NCBI RefSeq assembly: GCF_002310835.1
Contig: NZ_CP011041.1
Location: forward strand, 1,080,001-1,112,000
Origin: Pseudoalteromonas tetraodonis
GTDB taxonomy: Bacteria > Pseudomonadota > Gammaproteobacteria > Enterobacterales > Alteromonadaceae
Reading direction: 5' to 3'
Length of the DNA: 32,000 nt
The number at the start of each line of letters is the position of its first letter. Positions within the stretch are counted from its first letter, which is position 1. This document shows positions 1 to 9,459 of this stretch, piece by piece. Position numbers and translations under genes: made by a program. Under the pieces are notes generated by a model. That model did not search any database. It was not told where the DNA came from and saw nothing but the letters and a program-made list of their open reading frames with translations.

Positions 1-935
1 TGGGTGGCGTAATGTTTACCTATATTGGTATGAAAGTGACGACCCGCGATACGATGACAATAGGTGAGCTGCAAGAGTCTGGTCGATTAGCCATTAATAT
101 TATGCAACGCGATATAGAACAAGTAGGCTTTTGGGGAACATTTTATGATGATTCGTTTACTGCAATAAATACATCATCATTAACAAATCCTACAGGTGAT
201 TGCTTCGAAGGTCTCAACAATGGCAGCTTTCCTGATTTAACCAGCAGCAGTAATTTTAAAACCCTTTATGCAAAAACAGCGGCAAGTTCAAGTGAACTTA
301 ATTGTGTTAATAACCCTTTAGCGGGTACTGATATTTTACAGGTTAAGTTTTTACAAGGTCACCAACTAGAAGTTGATGCCGCAGGTGTTAATGAAACGCA
401 AAGTGATGAGAATTACTTTATTGCTGAGCAAGAAAATGCACGCTTTGTTCGAGGTGTTATCGACCCTGATAGTTTAAATGTTAATGCCAGTGTTTGGCCT
501 TACAGCCATCATAGTTATTATATTGCTGAGCAAACTTATACAGTCAATAATAAAAGTATTACTGTACCCGCACTCATGCGAAAACGTTTAGTAGCTGGTT
601 CTATGAATACAGAAACTATAATGGAAGGCGTGGAGAATATGCGTTTTGTGTTTGGTTTAGATACCACCACCGACAGTCGCGTGGATACCTATAAAAGCAT
701 TAATAACATGACAGCCACAGACTGGGAAAACCGCAAAGGTATTTTAACGGTACAAGTTTTTTTATTGATTAGAGCACTGCAACCTGATCCAGGTATTACA
801 CTCAAAAACCAAACCTATGTATTAGGGGAAGATGCTAATAAACGCACCCTTACTTTTTCAGATAACTTTAGACGTACTGTATTCACAACAACTATCCGTT
901 TAAATAACGTGGGAGCAAATTTATGGCGTATTTAA
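1..935 (+). CDS. pilW: type IV pilus minor pilin/assembly protein PilW, 5'-truncated by window edge
   Basis: The reading frame is open from the window edge to TAA 933-935. The 307 aa seen lack a prepilin leader, so the N-terminus lies upstream. PilW-like sequence (ELQESGRLAINIMQRDIEQVGFWG) and position directly upstream of pilX-pilY1-pilE. Confidence 0.7.
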   Translation, partial: GGVMFTYIGMKVTTRDTMTIGELQESGRLAINIMQRDIEQVGFWGTFYDDSFTAINTSSLTNPTGDCFEGLNNGSFPDLTSSSNFKTLYAKTAASSSELNCVNNPLAGTDILQVKFLQGHQLEVDAAGVNETQSDENYFIAEQENARFVRGVIDPDSLNVNASVWPYSHHSYYIAEQTYTVNNKSITVPALMRKRLVAGSMNTETIMEGVENMRFVFGLDTTTDSRVDTYKSINNMTATDWENRKGILTVQVFLLIRALQPDPGITLKNQTYVLGEDANKRTLTFSDNFRRTVFTTTIRLNNVGANLWRI

Positions 936-1426
936 TCCCGATGAAAAATAAACAGCAAGGTGTGGTGCTTATCACTGCACTAATAATGGTCATAGCCGTT
1001 ACAGGTATTGCAGTGACGTTAATGAGTAGCAGTAGTATAGATATTAAAATTACTAATTCAGCACAAGAGCGAGAAGTTGCCGAAAATGAACTTATCGGCG
1101 AAGTGCAGCGCATGATTGCCGATGAAGCGAGCAATGGTGCAACAAATCAATTTTTTTTAACGCCAGAGGAAGTAACTACCATGGCGTCTGGCAATGAAAA
1201 AGGCATGGTTATAGCCGAACATAATGATATGCAAAGTAGAATGATTAACTTAAATAAAGGCGTGCTTGATTTAGAATGTCCTCGTCGTTTTAGTTTTACA
1301 GCTGGGATCTCATGCAACATGGTACAAGTTTCAACAACTATTGAGTATGGCTCTAAAAGTAAGCACCAACTAACAATTGTGACAGGCGTAGCCCAAGAGA
1401 TGGCTAGCCTAAGCAAGGGGATTTAA
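923..1426 (+). CDS. pilX: type IV pilus minor pilin PilX
   Basis: 167 aa. GGGAG Shine-Dalgarno (SD) 7 nt before ATG 923; overlaps the pilW stop. PilX_N-type hydrophobic N-terminus (QQGVVLITALIMVIAVTGIAVTLM). An alternative ATG at 941 has no SD. Confidence 0.7.
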   Translation: MAYLIPMKNKQQGVVLITALIMVIAVTGIAVTLMSSSSIDIKITNSAQEREVAENELIGEVQRMIADEASNGATNQFFLTPEEVTTMASGNEKGMVIAEHNDMQSRMINLNKGVLDLECPRRFSFTAGISCNMVQVSTTIEYGSKSKHQLTIVTGVAQEMASLSKGI

Positions 1427-1427
1427 A

Positions 1428-4400
1428 ATGAAACTGATACTAAATAAAGCACTCATTTCTTTAATAGGAATAATGCTTAGCATGTCAGCAGGCGCTGAAG
1501 ATATAGAGCTGTATGTTAATCATAATGTACAAACCAATGAAAAGCCTCGCGTAATCATGATTTTTGATACATCGGGAAGTATGGCATGGGATGTAAATGA
1601 TGGTGATGCCTGTTATAAAAGAAGCGGTAATAGTTATTACGAGGTTGATTGCTTTGAAAGTAAAGACAGTTATAAACGAAATGAGCAATGTTATAAAAGA
1701 ACTAGTTACTACAATTATGAACCCACATGTAGTGATAGCCGCTTAAGAGTTGCGCAAAATGCTATCACCCAATTAGTGAACGATAACGATGATATTGAAT
1801 TTGGTTTAATGCGCTTTAATGGTAGTAATGGTGGGTATGTTTTAGCCAGAGTAGGGGCTGAAAAGTCATTTTTACTAAATAAAGTAGAAGAGTTACCTGC
1901 AAGTGGTTCAACTCCATTAACAGAAACACTCTGGGAAGCCTACCTGTATATCACGGGACAAAACGTATATTACGGGGGAAATACTAATGAACGAGATTTT
2001 ACAGCAGAGTCATCAGGGATATATAAATCACCCTTTGCGCCTGTTACTGGCGAGCCACTTAGGTGTGATAACAGTATTAATATTATTTTAATGACAGACG
2101 GCGATCCAACCAACGATTCAAATAGAAATAATGATATATACAACCTTCATAATAGTTATTTCTCTGGTAATCCGCCTGCTGTTAGTAACAGCTATTTGGC
2201 GGCGCTAGCAAAAATTATTCACGGTACAGATGATGTAAAAGTTGACTTGTATAGCAAAACTAAGAATGTACTTGACATAGGACGTGTATTTCCTATCGGT
2301 TTTGGTACGGGTATGAGTGACTCAGGTAAAAACTTACTTACTGAGACTGCAGATTACGGTGGTGGGCAATACTTACATGCGAATACAGCTGCGCAACTAT
2401 CTGATGCACTTAAAAATACGATTTCTCGTATTCGTGAAGTAAATGACAGTTTTTCATCGCCGTCAGTGGCGAGTAACAATGTAGATCAAACTCGAAGTCG
2501 TGATGCTATTTATTTTGCTATGTTTTATCCAGAAACCGGGGCGCGCTGGCGTGGTAACCTGAAAAAGTTAAAGGTATCGGGCAGCCAAATAGTCGATGCA
2601 ACCAACAAACAAGCCCTTAATAGTGACGGTTTAATTTCAAAAGAGGCAAAAACATTTTGGTTACCTGCGGGCCAACCCGCTGATGGTAACGCGGTTGCGC
2701 AGGGGGGGGTAAACCATTATTTAAGCACCATAGATCCACTTGCTCGTAATTTATTTACGGAGAATCAAGGCTCGATTATTAGTTTTGATACTTCGGCTGT
2801 TAGTGACATTCTCAGTGGCATTGTTAATAACCCGCTGACCTTATCCACTCAAGATGTTAATTGGGCAAGAGGAGTAGATGTTGATGATGAGGACAAAGAT
2901 GGCTCATCACAAGACCAACGCGCTGATATATTTGGTGATCCTTTGCATTCAAAACCAATTGCAATTGATTATGGTAATGATGATATTCGCATCCTCATAG
3001 GGACAAATGCTGGCTTCTTACATATGTTTAAAGATGCCGGTGAGACTGTAAGTGAAAGTTGGGCATTTATACCTTCAGCACTGTTTGACATTATTAAACC
3101 ACTTAGAAATAAACAAGCAGATAGTAAAGTATATGGTATGGATGGCCCTATCAGTGTCTACTTTAGTAATAAAAGCTTAAATAGTGAAGGTTTGAATGAC
3201 GGTATTATAGATGCTAGCAAAGGAGACGAGGTATGGGCTTTTGCTGGAATGCGCCGTGGTGGTAAAAACTACTATGGTTTAGATATTACAAATCCTAATC
3301 AGCCAAAACGTCTTTGGAGCAAACCAATTGAAGGGGGTAAAGGCGACTTTACTGAATTGGCACAAACGTGGTCAAAGCCACAAATAGCTTATATTAAAGC
3401 TTTTGGTAATAAGCCTTTGCTTGTGTTTGGCGCGGGTTACGATACAAATAAAGATGCGGCAATAAGAGCAGAGGACTCAAAAGGGCGTGGTATTTATATT
3501 GTTGAGGCAAAAACAGGCAGCTTAGTTTGGGCGTTAACCCCAGACAGTAATGGCTTTAAAGGTAAACACAGCATTGCTGCTGATTTAACTACGCTTGATT
3601 CAGATTATGATGGCTATATTGACAGAATATATGCTTCAGATACCGGTGGTAATATTTGGCGAATTGATATGCCTGGAGAAGATAGCAGTGAGTTTAGCCA
3701 TTTCAAACTTGCAGAGCTAGGTAGTAATCAAGATACTCAAGATAGACGCTTCTTTTATAAGCCATTGGTTGCGCGTACTTTGTTTAGTAAAGTAACAGAG
3801 ACCACGGTTAATGGTAATAAAGTGATTACTCGTTTAGATACTCCTTATGATGCAGTTGTTATTGGCAGCGGTAACCGTTCAAAACCAACGAATACAAACG
3901 AGCAAGATCAATTGTTTATGATCCGTGATGAGAATACTCTGACGCGTTCATTTAAAACTAATGCTCCTGCGCCAATTGTGCCTGCAGATTTAATGGTGAT
4001 GAATAGTGACCCCTTTGGTAATACTTTAGATGACTTAGATGGTTTCACCCTTGTTGAAGCTGAACTGGCGAAAAAGAAAGGGTGGCGTTATGAGCTAGCG
4101 AAAGGTGAAAAGTCATTAGCTGCAGCTACCGTTGTTGGTGGGGTTGCTTATTTTACCTCTTTCACGCCAGCATCTGATGAAGTTGTAGAGAATCAATGTT
4201 CTTTAAGTGGCGGTGGCGGCGCACTTTATGCTTTTCATTTGCATTACGGTACTAAAGTGTATGAACAACTAAAATTTGCAACCAGTTATGATGTGCCAGA
4301 TACACCACAGCTTTATTTTGGTGCGACTAATTCCTGTGCTGATTCTAACAATGATGGAAAATGTGATGATAATCCAGAGGAAGATGTTATCGAAGAGAGC

Positions 4401-4601
4401 CAGTTTTTTCTAATTGGTCCTGGGATCAAAGGGGAACAAGCTGAAAATCCACTTAAGCCAATAGAAATTACAGGACCTGGCTTAAAAGTGGTAGATGGTA
4501 AAATTAAGCTAGTGAATGATAAACAACCCATTGGCTTTGGTTTTAAAACGCAGCAAACATATATTTATAAGCGTGAAGAAAACGATGAGATCAACAATTA
4601 A
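1428..4601 (+). CDS. pilY1: type IV pilus tip adhesin/biogenesis factor PilY1 (vWA N-terminal domain plus PilC/PilY1 beta-propeller C-terminal domain)
   Basis: 1057 aa. SD AAGGGG 7 nt upstream; signal peptide ending SAGA. Complete MIDAS signature (DTSGSM, GSTPLTE, MTDGDP). C-terminal PilY1-type Ca loop DSDYDGYID followed by SDTGGNIWRIDM. Confidence 0.9.
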   Translation: MKLILNKALISLIGIMLSMSAGAEDIELYVNHNVQTNEKPRVIMIFDTSGSMAWDVNDGDACYKRSGNSYYEVDCFESKDSYKRNEQCYKRTSYYNYEPTCSDSRLRVAQNAITQLVNDNDDIEFGLMRFNGSNGGYVLARVGAEKSFLLNKVEELPASGSTPLTETLWEAYLYITGQNVYYGGNTNERDFTAESSGIYKSPFAPVTGEPLRCDNSINIILMTDGDPTNDSNRNNDIYNLHNSYFSGNPPAVSNSYLAALAKIIHGTDDVKVDLYSKTKNVLDIGRVFPIGFGTGMSDSGKNLLTETADYGGGQYLHANTAAQLSDALKNTISRIREVNDSFSSPSVASNNVDQTRSRDAIYFAMFYPETGARWRGNLKKLKVSGSQIVDATNKQALNSDGLISKEAKTFWLPAGQPADGNAVAQGGVNHYLSTIDPLARNLFTENQGSIISFDTSAVSDILSGIVNNPLTLSTQDVNWARGVDVDDEDKDGSSQDQRADIFGDPLHSKPIAIDYGNDDIRILIGTNAGFLHMFKDAGETVSESWAFIPSALFDIIKPLRNKQADSKVYGMDGPISVYFSNKSLNSEGLNDGIIDASKGDEVWAFAGMRRGGKNYYGLDITNPNQPKRLWSKPIEGGKGDFTELAQTWSKPQIAYIKAFGNKPLLVFGAGYDTNKDAAIRAEDSKGRGIYIVEAKTGSLVWALTPDSNGFKGKHSIAADLTTLDSDYDGYIDRIYASDTGGNIWRIDMPGEDSSEFSHFKLAELGSNQDTQDRRFFYKPLVARTLFSKVTETTVNGNKVITRLDTPYDAVVIGSGNRSKPTNTNEQDQLFMIRDENTLTRSFKTNAPAPIVPADLMVMNSDPFGNTLDDLDGFTLVEAELAKKKGWRYELAKGEKSLAAATVVGGVAYFTSFTPASDEVVENQCSLSGGGGALYAFHLHYGTKVYEQLKFATSYDVPDTPQLYFGATNSCADSNNDGKCDDNPEEDVIEESQFFLIGPGIKGEQAENPLKPIEITGPGLKVVDGKIKLVNDKQPIGFGFKTQQTYIYKREENDEINN

Positions 4602-4610
4602 GGGCTGTAT

Positions 4611-5030
4611 ATGAATAAGACACAACAAGGATTTACATTAATTGAGTTAATGATCACCGTTGCGATTGTTGGCATCATTGCCGCCATTGCAGTGCCTAAT
4701 TACAGTGAATATATAAAAAGGGCATCACGCGCAGAAGCCGCTTCTGCGCTTTTAGATGCGGCAAACAAGCAAGAGCAATACTTTGTGGATAACCGAGCAT
4801 ATTCAACTTCGTTTAGCGACTTAGGTATTCAAAGTAAAACTGAAAACGGTCATTTTGAGCTAACAATTAATGTGGTTAATAGCAATGAATTTACAATCAC
4901 TGCTAAACCCATTGCTGGTGCTGTGAAAGGGGATGCTGATTGCACGTCATTAACCATTAATGACGTTGGCTTAAAAGGAGCAACGGGTAGTAAAGGCAAT
5001 ACCGACATCAACTATTGCTGGGGTAGATAA
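4611..5030 (+). CDS. pilE: type IV pilin-like protein PilE (minor pilin)
   Basis: 139 aa with a class III signal peptide [31 protein letters not shown], Glu5, and a C-terminal Cys...Cys D-region. Lies directly after pilY1. Confidence 0.8.
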   Translation: MNKTQQGFTLIELMITVAIVGIIAAIAVPNYSEYIKRASRAEAASALLDAANKQEQYFVDNRAYSTSFSDLGIQSKTENGHFELTINVVNSNEFTITAKPIAGAVKGDADCTSLTINDVGLKGATGSKGNTDINYCWGR

Positions 5031-5036
5031 CATTAG

Positions 5037-5570
5037 TTATTTTTGGCATTTGTTAGTAGATTTTATTCGTATTCGCCCAGTTTGACTTATTGACAGAGCA
5101 AGCCCCTCAAGGCTTGCTTTTTCGTTATTTGGGCAATAGATAAAAGTACCGTTTTGAAAGCCGTTTAAAGAGCCATCGGGTCTAAAAGTGATGGCATCCC
5201 GAGGATACTCTAAGCTATCAGAGGGATGGATATGTTCAAAGGTACTAATAAGGCGCTCGTCATCATCTAAAGAGGTTGACTTGTCGTTATCAATAAAAAG
5301 TGACACCTGATTGTCCCAATCATCTTCTAAACACTCATTATTTTTCAAGGCACATAGAGTGACGTAGCTATTATTTTCTATTGCATAAAGACGTGCATAA
5401 TTAATGTTTCTGTGTAATAGATTAATCTGGTTATCTGCGCGATTGAGCGCCAAGAAATCAGGAAAAAACCATAATGAGAGTTGGCTTAGTATCGCTATAA
5501 CTGAAATGGTTACTAGTAATTCTAATAATGTAACGCCACCATTTTTGTGAGCACTTATAATTAACTTCAT
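5037..5570 (-). CDS. GspH/FimT-family type IV minor pseudopilin (FimT-like, C-terminal GRIR motif)
   Basis: 177 aa. Prepilin-type N-terminus KNGG/VTLLELLVTISVIAIL with Val at +1 and Glu5. GspH-like body; C-terminal TGRIRIKSTNKCQK. Confidence 0.7.
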   Translation of the reverse strand: MKLIISAHKNGGVTLLELLVTISVIAILSQLSLWFFPDFLALNRADNQINLLHRNINYARLYAIENNSYVTLCALKNNECLEDDWDNQVSLFIDNDKSTSLDDDERLISTFEHIHPSDSLEYPRDAITFRPDGSLNGFQNGTFIYCPNNEKASLEGLALSISQTGRIRIKSTNKCQK

Positions 5571-5648
5571 CCCTGAAGCCTTTCATTGAACAGTCCATTA
5601 TATTAGTTTAGTAAACAATCAAAAAAACGACAAAGTATGAAATGGCTT

Positions 5649-6194
5649 TTAACCACAGCTCTCTGTGGTATCCCCTAAATAAAAAGCGGTGCCTGATTGC
5701 GTTAATGTTAACGCTTTTTGGTTTTTGTTGTCGCCGTTAGGACAAAATATGAAGTTCCCAGGATTTGTAGTTATACGTCCGCTGGTATTAAATCGTATAC
5801 GGGTATCTGTAAATGAAACGCGATCATTAGGACTAATTTCCTCCATGACTCTGATCAAGCTATCTGTTTCATTATTATATTGGCCATTATTATTAGCATC
5901 TATAAAGGTAATAATTATTTGATCAACATCCCATTTACTTGAGCAAGTTAGGGTTTTATCATCACTTTTTACTTTTGTACCTGGAGCAGCGCACACAATT
6001 ACGATCTCATCGGTACTAGCCGCTTGTGAGCGTGCAAAGCTAATATTACGTTTAAGTTCTAATAAAAAATTTTCACCTCGGTTTTCTTCCAGCATATCGC
6101 TACTGTTCCACAACGCAATAGTGGCTATAATGCCAACAATGGCCACGGTGACCATTAACTCTAATAGGGTAAATCCACGGTGCTTAGTTTTCAT
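5649..6194 (-). CDS. GspH/FimU-family type IV minor pseudopilin
   Basis: I place the start at ATG 6194 ([27 protein letters not shown]), which gives a canonical prepilin leader. The 25 aa upstream in the track ORF (to 6269) have no support. GspH-like body. Confidence 0.7.
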   Translation of the reverse strand: MKTKHRGFTLLELMVTVAIVGIIATIALWNSSDMLEENRGENFLLELKRNISFARSQAASTDEIVIVCAAPGTKVKSDDKTLTCSSKWDVDQIIITFIDANNNGQYNNETDSLIRVMEEISPNDRVSFTDTRIRFNTSGRITTNPGNFIFCPNGDNKNQKALTLTQSGTAFYLGDTTESCG

Positions 6195-6247
6195 ATAAAT
6201 CTCATTAACTCGGTGATGTTTTAGTATAGTTATTTTTATTAAAATAA

Positions 6248-6691
<444 letters not shown>

Positions 6692-6705
6692 TCGAGTAAA
6701 CCTCG

Positions 6706-6742
6706 TAAAAAAGGCGCTAATTTTATAACTAGCGCCTTTTTC
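6706..6742. terminator. bidirectional intrinsic terminator between glnB and bamD
   Basis: A-run, GGCGCTA (6713-6719), 10-nt loop, TAGCGCC (6730-6736), T-run. Confidence 0.6.
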
Positions 6743-6745
6743 GTG

Positions 6746-7510
6746 TTATTTATTTCTGCTATTAAATTTACGCGTTTGCTCTGCATGCTGACTTAGTTCA
6801 GTCAAGCCAAGCTTCTCGTAACTTTTTTCCATCATGGCGAGTGCCGCATCAAGATAACTACTTTGTGAGTAGTGCTCTACCACATATTTACCGCGATTTG
6901 CGGCTGCTAAATAGGCTTCACGTTCGTAATAGTAAGTTGCCACTTTTAACTCATAACGTGCCATGCGGTTTAATAACCAAACTAAACGACGTTTTGCTTC
7001 TGGCGCATAATCACTTTCTGGAAAACGTTTAACCAAAGTTGATAAGTCGGTATAAGCAACACGGGTGCGTTTAGCATCTCTGTCAGCTCTGTCTACACCA
7101 AAGTATTCTTGGAAAGCATTTTTATCCGCCTTAATATTAACCAAGCCACGCATGTAGTACATGTAATCTAAATCTTTGTGGTTTGGGTTTAAGCGAATAA
7201 AACGGTCGATTGTAGCAAGCGCTTGCTCTGTATTACCTGATTGGTAATGTGCATACACTAAATCCATTTGGACTTGTTTTGAAAACGGACCAAACGGGTA
7301 GCGAGAATCAATTGCCGTTAATAATTCAATTGCACGAGCGTATAAACCAGAATCAAGCGTTTGTTTTGCATCTTCGTATAGTGCTTGTGCCGATCTGTTG
7401 GGTACGCGTTGAATATCTTCTTGGTCAGGTGCAGACGAGCAGGCCCCTAAACTAAGCACTGAAACTGAAAAAACAATGGCGAATGCACGTTTCCCTATTT
7501 TATTTATCAT
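6746..7510 (-). CDS. bamD: outer membrane protein assembly factor BamD (YfiO) lipoprotein
   Basis: 254 aa with lipobox LSLGAC and TPR-like body. Divergent from rluD, as in E. coli. Confidence 0.9.
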   Translation of the reverse strand: MINKIGKRAFAIVFSVSVLSLGACSSAPDQEDIQRVPNRSAQALYEDAKQTLDSGLYARAIELLTAIDSRYPFGPFSKQVQMDLVYAHYQSGNTEQALATIDRFIRLNPNHKDLDYMYYMRGLVNIKADKNAFQEYFGVDRADRDAKRTRVAYTDLSTLVKRFPESDYAPEAKRRLVWLLNRMARYELKVATYYYEREAYLAAANRGKYVVEHYSQSSYLDAALAMMEKSYEKLGLTELSQHAEQTRKFNSRNK

Positions 7511-7651
7511 TTTATTTGTTACCTTCGATGTCTTCGGCTAGGCCAAGTGGGTAAAACCGAGTAAACTATGCGTATTATGTTATGCTTTTATTAAAAGCGA
7601 TTCTAACCCAGTCAAGCAAAGCTTGCACTGGTAAATTGGGTAAAGTTACTA

Positions 7652-8629
7652 ATGTCAGAGCAAATATCTCTCCAAGCCGAGGTCCCAACAGACTTAGGTG
7701 GTAAACGTCTAGACCAAGTATTAGCACAATTGTTCCCTGATTATTCACGATCACGGATAAAAACGTGGATTTTAGATGATAAAATCACCGTTGATGGTGA
7801 AATTTTCAACACCCCGCGTGAAAAACTACTCGGTGGTGAAGTTGTAGCTGTTGAAACAACAATAGAAGCACCTCGTGAATACGAAGCACAAGATATCAAA
7901 TTAAACATCGTTTATGAAGACGATGATATTTTAGTGATCAACAAACCAATGGGATTAGTGGTTCATCCTGGCGCAGGTAACCCTGATGGTACGGTGTTAA
8001 ATGCTTTATTACACTACTATCCGGAAATTATTAACGTACCACGAGCGGGTATTGTGCATCGTTTAGACAAAGACACAACAGGTTTAATGGTTGTTGCTAA
8101 AACGATTCAGGCACAAACACATTTAGTTAAAGCACTGCAAAAGCGCGAAAACTTTACACGTGAATATGAAGCGTTATGTAATGGCACTATGACAGCCGGT
8201 GGTATGGTTGAAAAACCAATTGGTCGTCATGCTACGCAGCGTACGCATATGGCAGTACATGAAATGGGTAAACCAGCTATTACGCATTACCGTGTTGCCG
8301 AAAAATTCCGCGCCCATACACGTTTGCGTTTACGTCTTGAAACAGGGCGTACACACCAAATTCGTGTGCATATGGCATACTTAAACCACCCATTAATTGG
8401 CGATCAATCTTATGGCGGTCGTCCTCGTCCACCAAAAGGGGCAACGCCTGAGTTATTTGAGTTACTGCGTAGCTTTAAACGCCAAGCGCTTCATGCCGTT
8501 AAATTAAGTATTGCGCATCCAATCACCGGTGAAATGATGACCTGGCAAGCGCCTATCCCTGATGATATGGTCCAAATGACTCAAGCATTGCGCGAAGACA
8601 CAAAAGCAAACCCTGATATAGCGAGTTAA
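7652..8629 (+). CDS. rluD: 23S rRNA pseudouridine(1911/1915/1917) synthase RluD
   Basis: 325 aa with an S4 N-terminal domain and catalytic HRLDKDTTGLMVVAK. bamD/rluD/yfiH/clpB synteny. Confidence 0.95.
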   Translation: MSEQISLQAEVPTDLGGKRLDQVLAQLFPDYSRSRIKTWILDDKITVDGEIFNTPREKLLGGEVVAVETTIEAPREYEAQDIKLNIVYEDDDILVINKPMGLVVHPGAGNPDGTVLNALLHYYPEIINVPRAGIVHRLDKDTTGLMVVAKTIQAQTHLVKALQKRENFTREYEALCNGTMTAGGMVEKPIGRHATQRTHMAVHEMGKPAITHYRVAEKFRAHTRLRLRLETGRTHQIRVHMAYLNHPLIGDQSYGGRPRPPKGATPELFELLRSFKRQALHAVKLSIAHPITGEMMTWQAPIPDDMVQMTQALREDTKANPDIAS

Positions 8630-8631
8630 CA

Positions 8632-9363
8632 ATGTTTGGCTTATCAGCTACATGGCAATCTCTTCATGGTGTAGATACATTGAGTACTACACGTGAAGGG
8701 GGCGTATCTCAGCCTCCATTCGATAGTTTGAATTTAGGGTTGCATGTAGGTGATAACAGCCAAGATGTATTAAATAACAGAGCACGTGTAAATGCTCATT
8801 TGCCTAAACCGGCAATTTGGTTAAATCAGGTTCATAGCGCTGATGTAATTACAGTGGATGAGCGATTTGACCCCAATCAAATACTCACAGGCGATGCGTT
8901 ATATACGCAATTACGCAATCAACCTTTAGCCATAATGACTGCTGATTGTTTACCTATTTTACTCTCATCGAGTGACGGGCAAGAAGTGGCCGCAATTCAT
9001 GCCGGTTGGCGAGGGTTAGAGCAAGGGGTGATAAACAATACGCTGGCATGTTTTAAAAATACCTCGGCAAATATACATGCTTGGTTAGGTCCTGCAATAG
9101 GGGCTAATCAATTTCAAGTAGGCCAAGAGGTAGTCGAGTTATTTACAGCAAATAACCCCCTAATGCACAGCGCGTTCAAAGCTCAAAATAATGAAAAGTA
9201 TTTAGCTGATATCTATCTAATAGCAACTATTTTACTTAATCAACAGGGCGTTATAAACATTAGCGGGGGGGAATATTGCACTGTAACTCAAGCTAACTTG
9301 TTTTTTTCTTATCGGCGCGATGGCCAAACCGGTCGTATGGCAAGTTTGATCTGGCGCAAGTAA
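8632..9363 (+). CDS. pgeF: peptidoglycan editing factor PgeF (YfiH, DUF152 laccase-like)
   Basis: 243 aa with YfiH-family motifs (QVHS, MTADCLP, AAIHAGWRG). Lies between rluD and clpB. Confidence 0.9.
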   Translation: MFGLSATWQSLHGVDTLSTTREGGVSQPPFDSLNLGLHVGDNSQDVLNNRARVNAHLPKPAIWLNQVHSADVITVDERFDPNQILTGDALYTQLRNQPLAIMTADCLPILLSSSDGQEVAAIHAGWRGLEQGVINNTLACFKNTSANIHAWLGPAIGANQFQVGQEVVELFTANNPLMHSAFKAQNNEKYLADIYLIATILLNQQGVINISGGEYCTVTQANLFFSYRRDGQTGRMASLIWRK

Positions 9364-9396
9364 ATAATCATTAGGTGATTATTTTTCCCACAATAC

Positions 9397-9427
9397 CTTG
9401 AACAAACCCGCTAACATACCCATCTAT
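9397..9427 (+). promoter_or_regulatory. sigma-32 (RpoH) heat-shock promoter of clpB
   Basis: CTTGAA (9397-9402), 15-nt spacer, then ACCCATCTAT (9418-9427). Compare the consensus CTTGAA-N13-17-CCCCATNT. Lies ~30 nt upstream of the clpB ATG. Confidence 0.7.
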
Positions 9428-9459
9428 TAAGTAATTCGTTTTTTTATAGGTAAACCCCC

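Noticed and set aside
7549-7566. A shared 10-mer TAAAACCGAG between the bamD/rluD spacer and the interior of the 264-bp element (15725-15734), considered as evidence of a second repeat copy.
   Set aside because: 10-mer matches are expected by chance many times in 32 kb, and the flanks do not extend the similarity.
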